A stretch of DNA of 64,000 nt from a virus. A program made the position numbers and the translations under genes. Of this stretch, positions 23,001-32,580 are shown piece after piece. Under the pieces are notes generated by a model, which was not told the origin of the DNA, ran no database searches, and worked only from the letters and a program-made list of their open reading frames with translations. The first letter of the stretch is position 1. Every line of letters starts with the position of its first letter. Where the stretch lies: positions 31,950 to 95,949 of IMG/VR virus record IMGVR_UViG_3300021375_000014. One strand, written 5' to 3'.

Positions 23001-26000
23001 GGTATTTCAGTATATCTAGAATTAGATAATGCTGAATTTTCACTGCTTAATGTGAAGTTATTAACAAACCCACCTAACTTAGATCCTAATTTGAATTCAT
23101 AACCGTTTTGTTCGTTTGTAATCGTATCAGTATTAATTCCTTCTACTTTGTGATATATTCTAATAATACCGTTTAATTCACTTGCATATAGATCAATAAT
23201 TTCGAATGGCTTAGTAATCATTGACAATAAAAATTCAATGAACGGATATTCACTGCTACGTCTCCACGCTTGTTCGATTGGCGAGCCGTCTCCGAATTCC
23301 CAGTCCTGATCCATCTTTGCAGTATCATCAGCCGATAATTGAGAATTGAAAAATAAATCATTGACATTTTTTAAATTACCAAAGTTGTCTATTGGAATTG
23401 GCCATGTTGTAGAATAAGTTGTTTTTAAATCATTCCAGAATTCTAGTTCAGTGTAACGTGCTGGATTAGTTTCAAAGCCATCGGGTATAGTACTATATCC
23501 AACCGTGACCCAGGGTTCTAATAATGGCATGTCTGTGCCGTAAGCATATTGGAATATACCTCTCCAATATCCAGGAGAAAGATCGTTGCTCACACGATAA
23601 TTCCAAGTCTTATAGTCAACAACATCAAAATCAGTGTTATAAAGATTGTCGATATTATTTCTCAGCATCCATTTCTTAAAAAATGGATACATTGTAAACT
23701 TCTTTTCATTTAATGAATATTCAGTAGTACTGTCTCTGTACATACCATATTTTGTATTACCGAGAGTTGTATTTTTAGTATTTTGTTCTATACGATTATA
23801 AACTAATTTCTCAAACAATAATAAAATAGAATCTGTTCTATCGCCCCAACATAATGTTTTAGAGCCATCGTGTCCTACTATCATTGTTTGTGGGGTATTA
23901 AATTCTTGATCAATAATATATCTAGGCTTATAAACAGCAGATATACCAAGTTTTGCCGCGCTAGGTGGAATAAATGTTTCTTGTATTAATTTAAAATATC
24001 TAACTTCAATAACATCTCCATCTGAAATTACAGTATCACCAAATGAAATTTCAACACCGTTAATTAAATTAACATCAGTATTAAGTACTCCGTTGACATA
24101 TACTGATATATTATTTTCGTCTACTATTTCAGTGGATATACTTGCAGGTATAAATTGCGTTGTTGATCCTGGAACAACTGGATCAATGTTCGCAGTTATA
24201 TAATGTGTTGGAAAACTACCATAATTTATCATACGACTACCAGTAAACACACTAATGTTTTCTCTCTTGACTAGCGCAATTGCTGCAATTGCTTCTTCAA
24301 GAATAAAATCATCAGATTTAGATGTACTTGCAGCATCAGATAGAATATTCTGTATCGTTGTTATTAATTTATTTTTATAATTATTATACGACACTGAAAG
24401 ATATTCAACCGCAGCAAATGGATTATAATCGTCCCGAGTTATTGAAAAATAAGCATTCTTAATATCAATACTATTGCGAACCATAACAGAGCCATACTTA
24501 TTATTGCGCATTTTATCTGTGTTGTCGCCAATATTACGATAATTATTCACAGCATTTGGATTTCCTGTTAATCCTATTGTAGTTGATAACTGGCGCAACA
24601 TATGTTCATAGACTGTAGAAAATGTAAAGTTTCTATTATTATGAAATAAATTATCTGGATTATACTCAAGTGATGGATCAACACGTTGCCACGCTCCGTC
24701 TCCATCAACAAAAACATTATCTTTTGTCGTGAAATCAACATAAACATAACCTGTCACCGGCTCAGAAAATGAAATTCTATTAGAATCATAAACATAGTTG
24801 CCTATTTGTTTAATACCATCTACATATACATCTATTGTTTCAGAAGATTTTGGTTCTTGTAATAACTCCAACTGCGTGTGTGTTGCAGATCCATATTCAT
24901 GTCGTAAATTTCTATAATCAAATTCTGATTTAATATAAAGTTGTTGATATGATGTTCCAGATTTAAAACTGGTATTATCCGGCATATCAATATTAAATGT
25001 GAATTCACTGGCATAATCACCAGGTGTTAATAATGCACGAATTGATAAGAACATATCTATAATACTATCTTCATCTTCTACATAATGAAATATCTTATAA
25101 TCATTTAGATAATTTAATTCAGCATCATACATTTTAAATGTTGGTACAGACCAGGCATCGGCTGCACTACTAATATCACTTAGTTCTAAATTCTTATCAA
25201 ATTCAATAATTGGTCTTTTTGCTTGTTTAACATAAGGCAAACTATCATCATTAATATACATACGAATGTCTTCATAATGATACCATGAATTTCTATCACT
25301 CCACCAATTTGTTTTGGTTGCTCTATCAGTATTTTTATCGATTGTTATATAATGTGTGTCGTTACTATTTCCTAAATTAAATACAAATTCTTCACCGTCA
25401 TATAATTCCCAATCAGGTGTACTAGACTGTGAATTGGCTCTGTATTCTATTAAACTTAGTAATCCGACTGATGTATCAGAAAATCTTAGTGCATAAGGAT
25501 TAACATCAATATTCCATCTATCATAGATAGTGTCTTTAAGGACAAAAGTTTGATTATTTTTTAATAATGTAATACGTAGTTCATTTGTATTTACATATGT
25601 ATCGCCTATGGTGGGCGATATAGGTCTTTGGTCTGTTGCATTAAATGCTGAAGCGCCGGGATCATCAGAACCAACACGTGCCCATCCTTCAATACTATCC
25701 TTTTTCCAATAAACTAGACTTGACTGTTGTATTACAATAGCATAATCACCATCTTCACCAAACGAAGAATTAGGCAAATACTCGGCTAATAGATATTCAG
25801 AATTACTTTTCAGTACATATGGTTTTTGTTTTATCCAACCTGTTAGTCCTGCTTCATATTCTTTAAATTCATATAGAGCATATTCACTAGTAAATCCATT
25901 ATCTATCCAATAATATAATTCCCAATTAATAAACTTATCAATGTCAACTGGTAGGTTAATAGTATATACATCCGATTTAAATAATCTTCTGTGATCATTT

Positions 26001-26302
26001 GTAAGTGCGCCTTTATTATACAGTGAGTTTAATAAATCGTCATAAAATACATTGTCTCCTATAGCAGTATTTGAGAATACTGGTTCAAAACCGTAATTGT
26101 CTCTTTGAAATAGATGCTCTGGAAATGATACATATGCATCGGTTTCACTATACACGCCACGTTCTTTTCTGCCAATAAACGCTTTAGTTTTTTCTATATT
26201 ACCCTTAGAAAATGCTCTTTCTAATGTAGAGTCAAAAATTGTTTCCAATTCTTTATTCTGCAGGTGCACTGGTAAGAGATTATAAATTTTATTATTTGCC
26301 AT
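17015..26302 (-). CDS. giant baseplate wedge-associated structural protein (3095 aa)
   Basis: follows the gp6-like gene; N-terminal YNLLP, C-terminal EAKPYH; internal repeated beta modules. Confidence 0.7.
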   Translation of the reverse strand: MANNKIYNLLPVHLQNKELETIFDSTLERAFSKGNIEKTKAFIGRKERGVYSETDAYVSFPEHLFQRDNYGFEPVFSNTAIGDNVFYDDLLNSLYNKGALTNDHRRLFKSDVYTINLPVDIDKFINWELYYWIDNGFTSEYALYEFKEYEAGLTGWIKQKPYVLKSNSEYLLAEYLPNSSFGEDGDYAIVIQQSSLVYWKKDSIEGWARVGSDDPGASAFNATDQRPISPTIGDTYVNTNELRITLLKNNQTFVLKDTIYDRWNIDVNPYALRFSDTSVGLLSLIEYRANSQSSTPDWELYDGEEFVFNLGNSNDTHYITIDKNTDRATKTNWWSDRNSWYHYEDIRMYINDDSLPYVKQAKRPIIEFDKNLELSDISSAADAWSVPTFKMYDAELNYLNDYKIFHYVEDEDSIIDMFLSIRALLTPGDYASEFTFNIDMPDNTSFKSGTSYQQLYIKSEFDYRNLRHEYGSATHTQLELLQEPKSSETIDVYVDGIKQIGNYVYDSNRISFSEPVTGYVYVDFTTKDNVFVDGDGAWQRVDPSLEYNPDNLFHNNRNFTFSTVYEHMLRQLSTTIGLTGNPNAVNNYRNIGDNTDKMRNNKYGSVMVRNSIDIKNAYFSITRDDYNPFAAVEYLSVSYNNYKNKLITTIQNILSDAASTSKSDDFILEEAIAAIALVKRENISVFTGSRMINYGSFPTHYITANIDPVVPGSTTQFIPASISTEIVDENNISVYVNGVLNTDVNLINGVEISFGDTVISDGDVIEVRYFKLIQETFIPPSAAKLGISAVYKPRYIIDQEFNTPQTMIVGHDGSKTLCWGDRTDSILLLFEKLVYNRIEQNTKNTTLGNTKYGMYRDSTTEYSLNEKKFTMYPFFKKWMLRNNIDNLYNTDFDVVDYKTWNYRVSNDLSPGYWRGIFQYAYGTDMPLLEPWVTVGYSTIPDGFETNPARYTELEFWNDLKTTYSTTWPIPIDNFGNLKNVNDLFFNSQLSADDTAKMDQDWEFGDGSPIEQAWRRSSEYPFIEFLLSMITKPFEIIDLYASELNGIIRIYHKVEGINTDTITNEQNGYEFKLGSKLGGFVNNFTLSSENSALSNSRYTEIPKDNYDLFIHTGEPNRSESFSAIVIEKVSLDVSYPIYSLSDIQSYRQGDVVYNSSDNRYYKRKIVQPTDKELSTVINFDYNAWTLISQPQVKNYGYRINGYDEFNPQFYSMNWDTTSPAKSWSTLGDEAIINDWQAGSFYTLDSYTVYDGVPYISLSDHTGSAAFNDDLDDYWKRLVSWPRVNQVTATGYKETLPDQIRTHNYGDVLYSLDEIAQLLIGYQDYLNAVGWSFTDTNELGENVDFENLLVKFLDWSAENHDVGEFITLTPILLSGRFSAPYGVASVQRETNKNFYRVLDSAGRQISNTAITFYSDGDAIMWESTIPVYGMKIDIVDVEHAYVVDRVDNYGDIIYDPISHNRNLRMIIDCNRTSDWDGTLSTDGYIVYQNTLIPNFETMVADTKFHRDTIVDQSLSNVNLIKASHIGFTPRAYLSNHLMERESQLEFYKGFISDKGTPGSLNKIVNTNSNFSEVSSNDVWAFKLGEYGNLNRNASVSKNINTALIYRDPFSITYDNQNLFEYKTTRRTTPIKTTGYVDSKDVNYIVRNSTILETTVSENYYEGDLAWIQFDNLRDWDVRKLSEVSEISYIGETEDSQLYIVVTSSIDTTETVYLRIINEEIDPELNGYYNIVDDGTESFDGITVYKYLVFDTDFEPVTVEIDASSQNSIFVPTSENAGVEAISLNSNVQIIEGEVLVIDGNSYTYIEDTISTTDITIGGADATSNPIVTSGEQISIIVYDQNDIIKNTNTLITFSGNSIHATNNVTSNDGDSITINDVALVVEATDNGTIEATSTLTTEDNISSGSELSVQVGSAASSSYVIQDITVTGTVVSPTFDETKSIQINGQTIAFVYSGTTITLTDIVDTINIASADVSAQDIGNVLVLTSSAPSVTIQGQAAIELGLITATPYTETKLGNLAEQINLQDDVTANINVDKLVISTLLPTMTLGGNEFSLFGFPSTTYQSELPPTAASIAQQINDLSIPDVNATVETGKLKIISIGSTLVVSDPLNNGSMVRLGFTSNTITSNMLDNIVDDINSILSLETNLVASIAFVDRLLISGDEFKVIISDVTGNPLDDLGISEGEYLTSGLANSSLLTFRDIINQQSSTLTASISSDGRFIITSPALQLSFAGTSQNLLDKIGFYTEYTSVTSNANFKVMRWKSVRFTPGYNGATFDEFYNDLGLNTASKIWADSYPGLNDWAVLNRTAIGNIEIVNRKANEVDVSNVNRVIVTDGEEHIIHTLYDPLNLKLPGKVMKDIDYVDWNDPAKYDEYLSNDLWLEEHLGEIWWDTTSTRFYRYNDYGDANGNISVEYAMRNWGKIVDGSVVEIKQWVKNNVLPVGITWFNQEKEWDPVKNKEVTTYYYWTSIGTLPRYEKEYSTDEIKMIIETGQIKHKFIPIDNNTIILNYNSRSLNSTITVTTEYSIASNNQGRHDDWELLSRESTKPIMSKYLEDFKNSIADSKIENLKQIIIDYPNLDNDGALLSIDFLLDLSPENLAISVNNEFLELTNFNLNGTELRINNTFNVIVGDVVRVYQVGAISNSWYKNLTNARNNFSTVVNTMLGTVLIETEYPFYKDYIKLNHYIFNSIDWYKHPDYKEITQFEYLSNTRDIDMISMFNSGIRSFGVVNPEYEEVYFGYGSPEEITMVNKINGALNIDFNNIAIPGQTGNANTISQYYTNVINVQVHEFINMLYSYSENKVIKDLFFDMLSYMYTEREHPEWLFKTSYIDLILMNKPLRQYAIYQNDTFDDTIEYVLEAKPYHVKLRNTDRIYPLSETVNADVDSSHHMNLKIDLGGDYSRYDYNTYDGGIAPDDDHPNIADGSYEQGALLRHPYEVTATKGGIDTGLVDSRILESAIVRVDEYDSSIVGGIGTAVIDKRSFIVYDRLGRGHFMHSIDTDTVVAVTNDHGYRNIEIADETKFKHAIANTVYLIIVENAENKLEFMHYNKKDGSVLQINERGLFNGTCLDIQVGDTVHIVSNIETIQFMAEQVDKHII

Positions 26303-26305
26303 TTT

Positions 26306-29300
26306 TTATTCGCCCAATAATTCTGATGCTACTATACTGGATATAATTTTAACATCTGAAGATGTTGTTATACTCAAGAATATTTCTGTAGGTTCACTAG
26401 TAATACTTAGCAAGTTTGCAAACTCGCTTGTTTGATATTTTGGTGTAATTACAACTGAAGAAATATGATTAGGTAATGATGTGTGAATGTAAGATGCTAA
26501 TTCCGAGAAGTAGAATGTTTCGCCAAAATCCCAATTGTCTATATCAAAGAAAGTATTAACTGCATTTGCTACTGCAGTTTTTATTTCACTATCGCTATAC
26601 GATGTGCCTGATTTTTTAACAACTTTGAACACTGTTTGGTTTTCGGGTGCTGCAAAAGAGCCAAAGAGATATTTAAACTTAACCGGTATATAACTTATAT
26701 GATCTGATATACTTGCTTTGGAATTAATACCTTTCATGATATTAGTTAGTTCATAATTATTGGGAGGCAAAGGAACTACATCTGAGAATCCGCCATCTAT
26801 CCAAGCATTTACTCTTCTGACATAATCTGTACTTAATATATACATATCAATGATATTACTTGTACTTGGATCAATTCTCTTATCGATATCAGCATAGTGA
26901 TCCCATCTGAATGTCATGAATTTATCTTCGACATAACTTCTACCTATAACAATTCTATATTGATTGCCAGCATAAATTATTTTATCCTTTTCGGGTGAGT
27001 TTACTAGTGTATATTGATTGGCGGGTAGTTCTTCCCATCCTTCGCCAGATCGTCTTTGCCACTCACCTTCATTAATATCAAGATCATTACTTTCTATATA
27101 GAATCTTATTATTGCGGTTTCAGGTATTCTATCTGACTGCGCTTGATTTGTAGCTACAATTCGATCACTAACACGTTCATATTGAATGCCATCAACATCA
27201 GTATATTGTTCTAAAACGATGTGAGAGAATTCAACTTCTGATGTATCTCCCAATTCAGGATTATCGACATTATCAATATTAGTAAATACTTGCAGCATAC
27301 CATGTGGATTACGATCAATATCAACACTCGTTAATTTAACTTTTGTATAGTCAACGTAGCCAGCGGGTGTTAAATATGAATCATATACATATGACTCTAC
27401 ATCCGCATATGCTTGTAGTCTATCAGAACCTTTTGGCGATAGAGTGCGCTCTACCCGTACTAAGAAATCTGAAATTTCAGCAGTGCCGCCAATACTTCTA
27501 ATATTAATAATTGAACCTACTCCTGGATCAACTGTCCAGAAAATAATTTTATAAGATCCATTATTCTGTATTACTTCACAGTCAGTTAAATTAATTTGAT
27601 TGTTATTAACATCGGTCAATATTAAATTATTTAAATTAATATTATCTGCTGGAAAGTTTATTTCGCCGAATGCGAATTGTTTCCAATATACATCATCATC
27701 TGGATTATCCGGATCGGTTCCATCTAGATTATGATTTCTTATTGACCAGCCACTAGCAGTCATATCTGTAAAAGTAAATTCATAATTAGCGCCGTCAAAT
27801 GATCTACCGAACTCAGTTTGTACACCAGTATCACCTGATTCTGCGGTGTCTATTGTTTTACCAGATGGCAATTCGGATGTGTCTACCCACGCAAAATTAT
27901 TAGGATATGCAAGATCAAAATATGCATTAGTTAGGTTGCCTTTAAAACCTTGGTTTTCAAATTCAAGTGGTGTATAGGTACTGGTGTATGTAAAACCGTC
28001 AGGAATATTACCACTATCATCAATTGTCACAATCGTAGTTGAATATACATATTCATCACTATTTTCTACATCACTATTGTCATCATAATCATTTAGAGTT
28101 AATAAGTCACTCAGATTATCTTTATCATAACTAACTGTGTATTCAGGTGTTTCACCGATAACAGTATCAGATGACGGGGCAACTGGAGCAATTGGATATT
28201 CAACGCCTAAAGGTGATATAAGTTTATGTTGCGTACTATTAACGGTATACATTTCAGAATTATTAACAAAGTCATGTGTAATAACTGCTCCAGTTGAAGA
28301 AAAATCTGCATCAAATGTAACAGTATTATCGCCGGGCACTACTATATTACTAAGTTGTGCAGTACCTATATTAATTAATTCATCAAGTCCTGACGAACTG
28401 TCATTTGCTAGGGTAGTATAATATTTCAAAAATAGTTTATCTCGTTCTGCAAGACTAGTTTCATTATCTACAACCAATTTGTTATTATTATAAAAGAATT
28501 TTACTTGTTTTTTACTATCAAAAACTATTTTCTTACCTGTAAATCTAGCAACATATTCTGCTTCATTTTCTCTGACGCCTGGAATATATGTGAATTCTAT
28601 ATATACATCTTTTCCTTCAACTAATGCAACATCATTTACTTCATCGTGTAATTTCCATTCCCAAACAGATGTATTACTTTTAGGTACATACTTTATGATA
28701 AAGCTCTGAATTGACAAGTCTTCTATTTTATTAATTTTAATATTTTTAATTTCATCTGCTTCGAAACGTGATCTATATGCACGTACTATTTTTTCAATAC
28801 TACCAGCAGTTTCGGGTAGAAGATTTTCAATAAAATATGAATCAACTGCTGATCCAGCAACGCTACTTTCAATATTTTTAATTTTAGTCCAGGATAATTC
28901 TTTTTCATTCGCACTCTGGGTTAAAATATGATCACCAGGATATAGAAATACTGTGCCTAATGTGTTCGATGATACTGTATCAATTATACTAGCATTAGTA
29001 CTACGCACTGTAAAATTCAATGATGGTGTTAATATGGTAGATGCTGGATTATACATATTTTCGAAATAATATAGATTCATCAGACTAGGATGCTTTAATA
29101 CTTCAGTAATTTTGTTTCTAATGAAATTATCAATTTGTCCATTCTGTCGATTAAAACTTAGATTCATTGAAATAATATCATCTTCCAAGAATATACTACC
29201 ATCTGTGCCAGTCGCACTTAGATTACTGTGATTCCCAGTAACATCGTCCATTTCAAAGAAACGGGATTTGCCAGAGAATGTAGTATTAATTGCTTTTGAT

Positions 29301-30649
29301 TTTGATATAACATTTGCACCAAGAGTAAGAGGATATATATTATAATCCTGTGCGTTTACCATTCTGTCTTGTGCGTAATATGCTCTTGGTGCAATACGTC
29401 TAACACTTTCAAATGTTTCAGCGGCATAGTTTTCACTAAAGTCACTTGTTGTGGTCATTGTTATTGTTAGATCATATGGACGGTCATCACCGCCAATATA
29501 TGGTATAGTAATTGCAACTTCTGATATATCGTTTGCATTAACCGTGAAATTTACATTTTCTGTTTGTCTGTACCAAATACGATAATTTCCATATGCAGCA
29601 TTACCAAATATACCATCGGGAAAATTAATTGCGATACTATTGTCAATATTGGTAGTAACACTTGCTAGATCGCCACTACCGGTTCTTAATGAATTATATA
29701 TAGCAGTTTCTCTACTATCATTATCGACTTTTGTTACAGTGGATGTATAATTTCTATTGCTATCTGTACGTTGAATCCAAACGTCTGTGTTCGATATATC
29801 AATAACATCAATATTTTGTGTTCTATTAGATAATTTCAAATCATATGTATAATCATTAAAGTTCATTTCACCGGCTTTTGCATATACAAAAAATCCAGTT
29901 CGGTCACTGGCTGGTCCTAGATTATCATTACGATTAATAATTGTGAAGTTTTTAGAAGATCTGGGTTCTGCTTCGCCAATAATTTCATCTACTATCTCTA
30001 CTTTAGTAGTTTCGAATTTTCTATTACTGCCAGCAATGGTTGCATTAAAAGGATAATTAAAACGTTTAACCTGTGGATTTTCATTAATTTCATATATATT
30101 ATTTTCGATGTTTAGAATATTTAGAGTTGCTATTGGGTCTTGAATTTTAGAATTTTTAGAAAACGATGAGTCTAATATTGTTATAAAGTTTTCATACCAA
30201 TCAGCGTTATTTGCATCATTCCAATTGACTGTGGTATTTGCTAAAGAATTGCCTTCATTATCTGCTACATCTTGATTTGTGGTGACACTAGTAATTTTCA
30301 TATAACCACGTGCATTGATAGGCCGAGTTTTAATATAACCTAAATTCTTTGCCATTCGAAGAATTGATTCACGGCGTTCTGCAGTATCTAAGAAATTTTC
30401 ACGGGTATTCATATCCAATCTAAAAGATAATGAATGACCTAGATAAGCAACCAAGTCTAAGATTGCAATAAACTCAGAACTAGCAATAAAATCATTGAAT
30501 TTATCAGGGTATGTTTGCTGTACATAAGCAAGTAATGCTTCACGTATTGTATCAAAATCATATGCTTTGAGACTAATATTACTATAGGCAGTATAAACTG
30601 CACTCCAACTTTCACTGGCGAATAAGTTATCAACTCTTTCTTGGCTCAT
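26306..30649 (-). CDS. baseplate wedge subunit (T4 gp6-like) with large insertion
   Basis: YDFDTIR, NDFIASSE, RENFLDTAERRES, QDRMVNAQDY, WDFGETFYFSEL. Confidence 0.85.
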   Translation of the reverse strand: MSQERVDNLFASESWSAVYTAYSNISLKAYDFDTIREALLAYVQQTYPDKFNDFIASSEFIAILDLVAYLGHSLSFRLDMNTRENFLDTAERRESILRMAKNLGYIKTRPINARGYMKITSVTTNQDVADNEGNSLANTTVNWNDANNADWYENFITILDSSFSKNSKIQDPIATLNILNIENNIYEINENPQVKRFNYPFNATIAGSNRKFETTKVEIVDEIIGEAEPRSSKNFTIINRNDNLGPASDRTGFFVYAKAGEMNFNDYTYDLKLSNRTQNIDVIDISNTDVWIQRTDSNRNYTSTVTKVDNDSRETAIYNSLRTGSGDLASVTTNIDNSIAINFPDGIFGNAAYGNYRIWYRQTENVNFTVNANDISEVAITIPYIGGDDRPYDLTITMTTTSDFSENYAAETFESVRRIAPRAYYAQDRMVNAQDYNIYPLTLGANVISKSKAINTTFSGKSRFFEMDDVTGNHSNLSATGTDGSIFLEDDIISMNLSFNRQNGQIDNFIRNKITEVLKHPSLMNLYYFENMYNPASTILTPSLNFTVRSTNASIIDTVSSNTLGTVFLYPGDHILTQSANEKELSWTKIKNIESSVAGSAVDSYFIENLLPETAGSIEKIVRAYRSRFEADEIKNIKINKIEDLSIQSFIIKYVPKSNTSVWEWKLHDEVNDVALVEGKDVYIEFTYIPGVRENEAEYVARFTGKKIVFDSKKQVKFFYNNNKLVVDNETSLAERDKLFLKYYTTLANDSSSGLDELINIGTAQLSNIVVPGDNTVTFDADFSSTGAVITHDFVNNSEMYTVNSTQHKLISPLGVEYPIAPVAPSSDTVIGETPEYTVSYDKDNLSDLLTLNDYDDNSDVENSDEYVYSTTIVTIDDSGNIPDGFTYTSTYTPLEFENQGFKGNLTNAYFDLAYPNNFAWVDTSELPSGKTIDTAESGDTGVQTEFGRSFDGANYEFTFTDMTASGWSIRNHNLDGTDPDNPDDDVYWKQFAFGEINFPADNINLNNLILTDVNNNQINLTDCEVIQNNGSYKIIFWTVDPGVGSIINIRSIGGTAEISDFLVRVERTLSPKGSDRLQAYADVESYVYDSYLTPAGYVDYTKVKLTSVDIDRNPHGMLQVFTNIDNVDNPELGDTSEVEFSHIVLEQYTDVDGIQYERVSDRIVATNQAQSDRIPETAIIRFYIESNDLDINEGEWQRRSGEGWEELPANQYTLVNSPEKDKIIYAGNQYRIVIGRSYVEDKFMTFRWDHYADIDKRIDPSTSNIIDMYILSTDYVRRVNAWIDGGFSDVVPLPPNNYELTNIMKGINSKASISDHISYIPVKFKYLFGSFAAPENQTVFKVVKKSGTSYSDSEIKTAVANAVNTFFDIDNWDFGETFYFSELASYIHTSLPNHISSVVITPKYQTSEFANLLSITSEPTEIFLSITTSSDVKIISSIVASELLGE

Positions 30650-30650
30650 T

Positions 30651-31010
30651 TTATTCTCTTTCTAAATTTACTGTAAGTTCAACTTGTTCACCAGTTGGAA
30701 TAATAGAAACTGATAATTTTATGTTTAAACTGTGGTCATCGTCTGTTATATTAAGAGTGTTAATCATTACTCTAGGATCTTCATCTATTATAGAATTTAT
30801 ATCAATGTCAATCAAATCTTTAATTTCCGGCGTCAATGGTTCAAAAATTAAATCATGAATGATACTGCCATATGTTGGCATCATAACACGCTCGCCTTTG
30901 CGCGTCATTAAATGATTCATTAAATCTTCAATAATCAAATCTTTGCCATAAAGATTATGATTTATTGCTTTTTTATTTTTTGTACTAAATCCTGCAAAAT
31001 TAACTGCCAT
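30651..31010 (-). CDS. baseplate wedge subunit (T4 gp25-like)
   Basis: TRKGERVMMPTYGS..LIFEP..DPRV; likely start ATG31010. Confidence 0.85.
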   Translation of the reverse strand: MAVNFAGFSTKNKKAINHNLYGKDLIIEDLMNHLMTRKGERVMMPTYGSIIHDLIFEPLTPEIKDLIDIDINSIIDEDPRVMINTLNITDDDHSLNIKLSVSIIPTGEQVELTVNLERE

Positions 31011-31041
31011 TGGTTCTCTCAATTTTTAATATTTCGTTAAG

Positions 31042-31073
31042 AGTATTTATCATCGTATAAACTACGTATATTT
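31042..31073 (-). promoter_or_regulatory. late promoter with conserved upstream element (copy 1)
   Basis: minus strand AAATATACGTAGTTTATA-CGA-TGATAAATACT; 30/32 identical to 40614-40645. Confidence 0.7.
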
Positions 31074-31084
31074 AGAAAAAGTAC

Positions 31085-31113
31085 TTGACAATTAATAATT
31101 TTTACTATACTAT
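31085..31113 (+). promoter_or_regulatory. sigma70-type promoter for the clpP island
   Basis: TTGACA(31085)-17 nt-TACTAT. Confidence 0.65.
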
Positions 31114-31135
31114 GAATATAATAGGAGTATTATCG

Positions 31136-31345
31136 ATGACTGATAAAAATAAAATAATACCACTTAATATTTTTAAGAAAAGTAAAGATCGTGATGTATC
31201 ATTAATGCAAACAATAACTACAGAAGAAATGTTTCGATTGGAAATAAATGAACTTCAGAAAAATTTATATGCAGCCTATGATCGAATTACAGAACTAAAT
31301 GAAGAAATACGAAAACTTAAATCTACAAAAACAAACAAGGAATAA
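31136..31345 (+). CDS. small coiled-coil hypothetical protein
   Basis: AGGAG RBS before ATG31136; heptad-rich C-terminus. Confidence 0.6.
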   Translation: MTDKNKIIPLNIFKKSKDRDVSLMQTITTEEMFRLEINELQKNLYAAYDRITELNEEIRKLKSTKTNKE

Positions 31346-31348
31346 TTA

Positions 31349-31945
31349 ATGCCAAATCTAGTACCAATGGTTGTAGACCAATCTGCGAATGGTGAACGAA
31401 GTTATGATATCTTTTCACGGCTTCTTAAGGAACGTGTACTGTTTTTAACAGGAGAAGTCAATGACTATCAAGCAGATTTACTTTGTGCACAATTTCTATT
31501 TTTAGAAAGCGAAAATCCAGAAAAAGATATTCACTTTTACATCAACTCTCCTGGCGGAGTAGTGACTGCTGGCATGGCGATTTATGATACTATGCAATTT
31601 ATTAAGCCAGATGTTAGTACAACGGTCATGGGACAAGCGTGTTCAATGGGATCACTATTAGCGACTGCTGGTGCACCAGGAAAAAGATATATTCTGCCTA
31701 ATGCAAGACATATGATTCATCAACCCAGTGGCGGGGCAGGTGGTCAAGCAACTGATATGGAAATTCAAGTTAAAGAAATCTTGAAAATGAAACGTTCACT
31801 AACTGAAATTTATGTTAAACATAATAGTTCTGGAAAAACACTTGATGAAATGCTGGCAGCAATGGAACGTGATAATTTTATGGATCCACAAGAGGCACTA
31901 GCGTATGGTTTGGTAGACCAAGTTATAGAACAACGACCCGTTTAG
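31349..31945 (+). CDS. clpP: ATP-dependent Clp protease proteolytic subunit
   Basis: [25 protein letters not shown] (Ser), MIHQP (His), ERDNFM (Asp). Confidence 0.95.
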   Translation: MPNLVPMVVDQSANGERSYDIFSRLLKERVLFLTGEVNDYQADLLCAQFLFLESENPEKDIHFYINSPGGVVTAGMAIYDTMQFIKPDVSTTVMGQACSMGSLLATAGAPGKRYILPNARHMIHQPSGGAGGQATDMEIQVKEILKMKRSLTEIYVKHNSSGKTLDEMLAAMERDNFMDPQEALAYGLVDQVIEQRPV

Positions 31946-32580
31946 CTAAATCCAGGAACGTAACTAAACATTTTTGCAGTCTGAATTCTTAAAGCGGCAA
32001 GTCGGTGATCGACTTTGCCGTTTTTTCTTTTAATATTACTCTGTATTTCATCAGTCACATCAAACCATTTTTCATTATTAATTAATTTAATAATATTATG
32101 ATCGGGTATTTTACTTACTCCTTCATAATAAAAATAATGAAGCAATGCATCGTATTGAGGTTGTCCCAATGGTTGTGTCACGAATTGTTCTAACACATTT
32201 CCAATAGCACGTAATTGTTTTTCTAAAATTATCTGTGCTGACTGTTTTGTTATTTTTTGACTTTCAATGGAAACTCTTTTTGAAGATGATGTGATATACC
32301 CATATCTAAATTCTACATCAGGTATCTGATAATTATAACCTATGATACCATTTTTTATTTCTAATGTAGGAATAACATCATTAATGATGGCGTTCTTACT
32401 TAAATTAGAAAATACTAGTTCATTCACTGCAAATGATGTAACACGTGTATACGATAGTATATATGTAGGATTACCACTGGTATCATATCCAGTTCCCAAA
32501 TATGTTCCATATGGAGTTATAGTATGTAGTGGCAATTGAATATAATTCAATAATGAGCCTTTTCTTTTATCATATATCAT
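31942..32580 (-). CDS. phage lysozyme (GH24)-fold protein, possibly inactive
   Basis: [40 protein letters not shown]; catalytic E-D-T not evident. Confidence 0.55.
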   Translation of the reverse strand: MIYDKRKGSLLNYIQLPLHTITPYGTYLGTGYDTSGNPTYILSYTRVTSFAVNELVFSNLSKNAIINDVIPTLEIKNGIIGYNYQIPDVEFRYGYITSSSKRVSIESQKITKQSAQIILEKQLRAIGNVLEQFVTQPLGQPQYDALLHYFYYEGVSKIPDHNIIKLINNEKWFDVTDEIQSNIKRKNGKVDHRLAALRIQTAKMFSYVPGFS

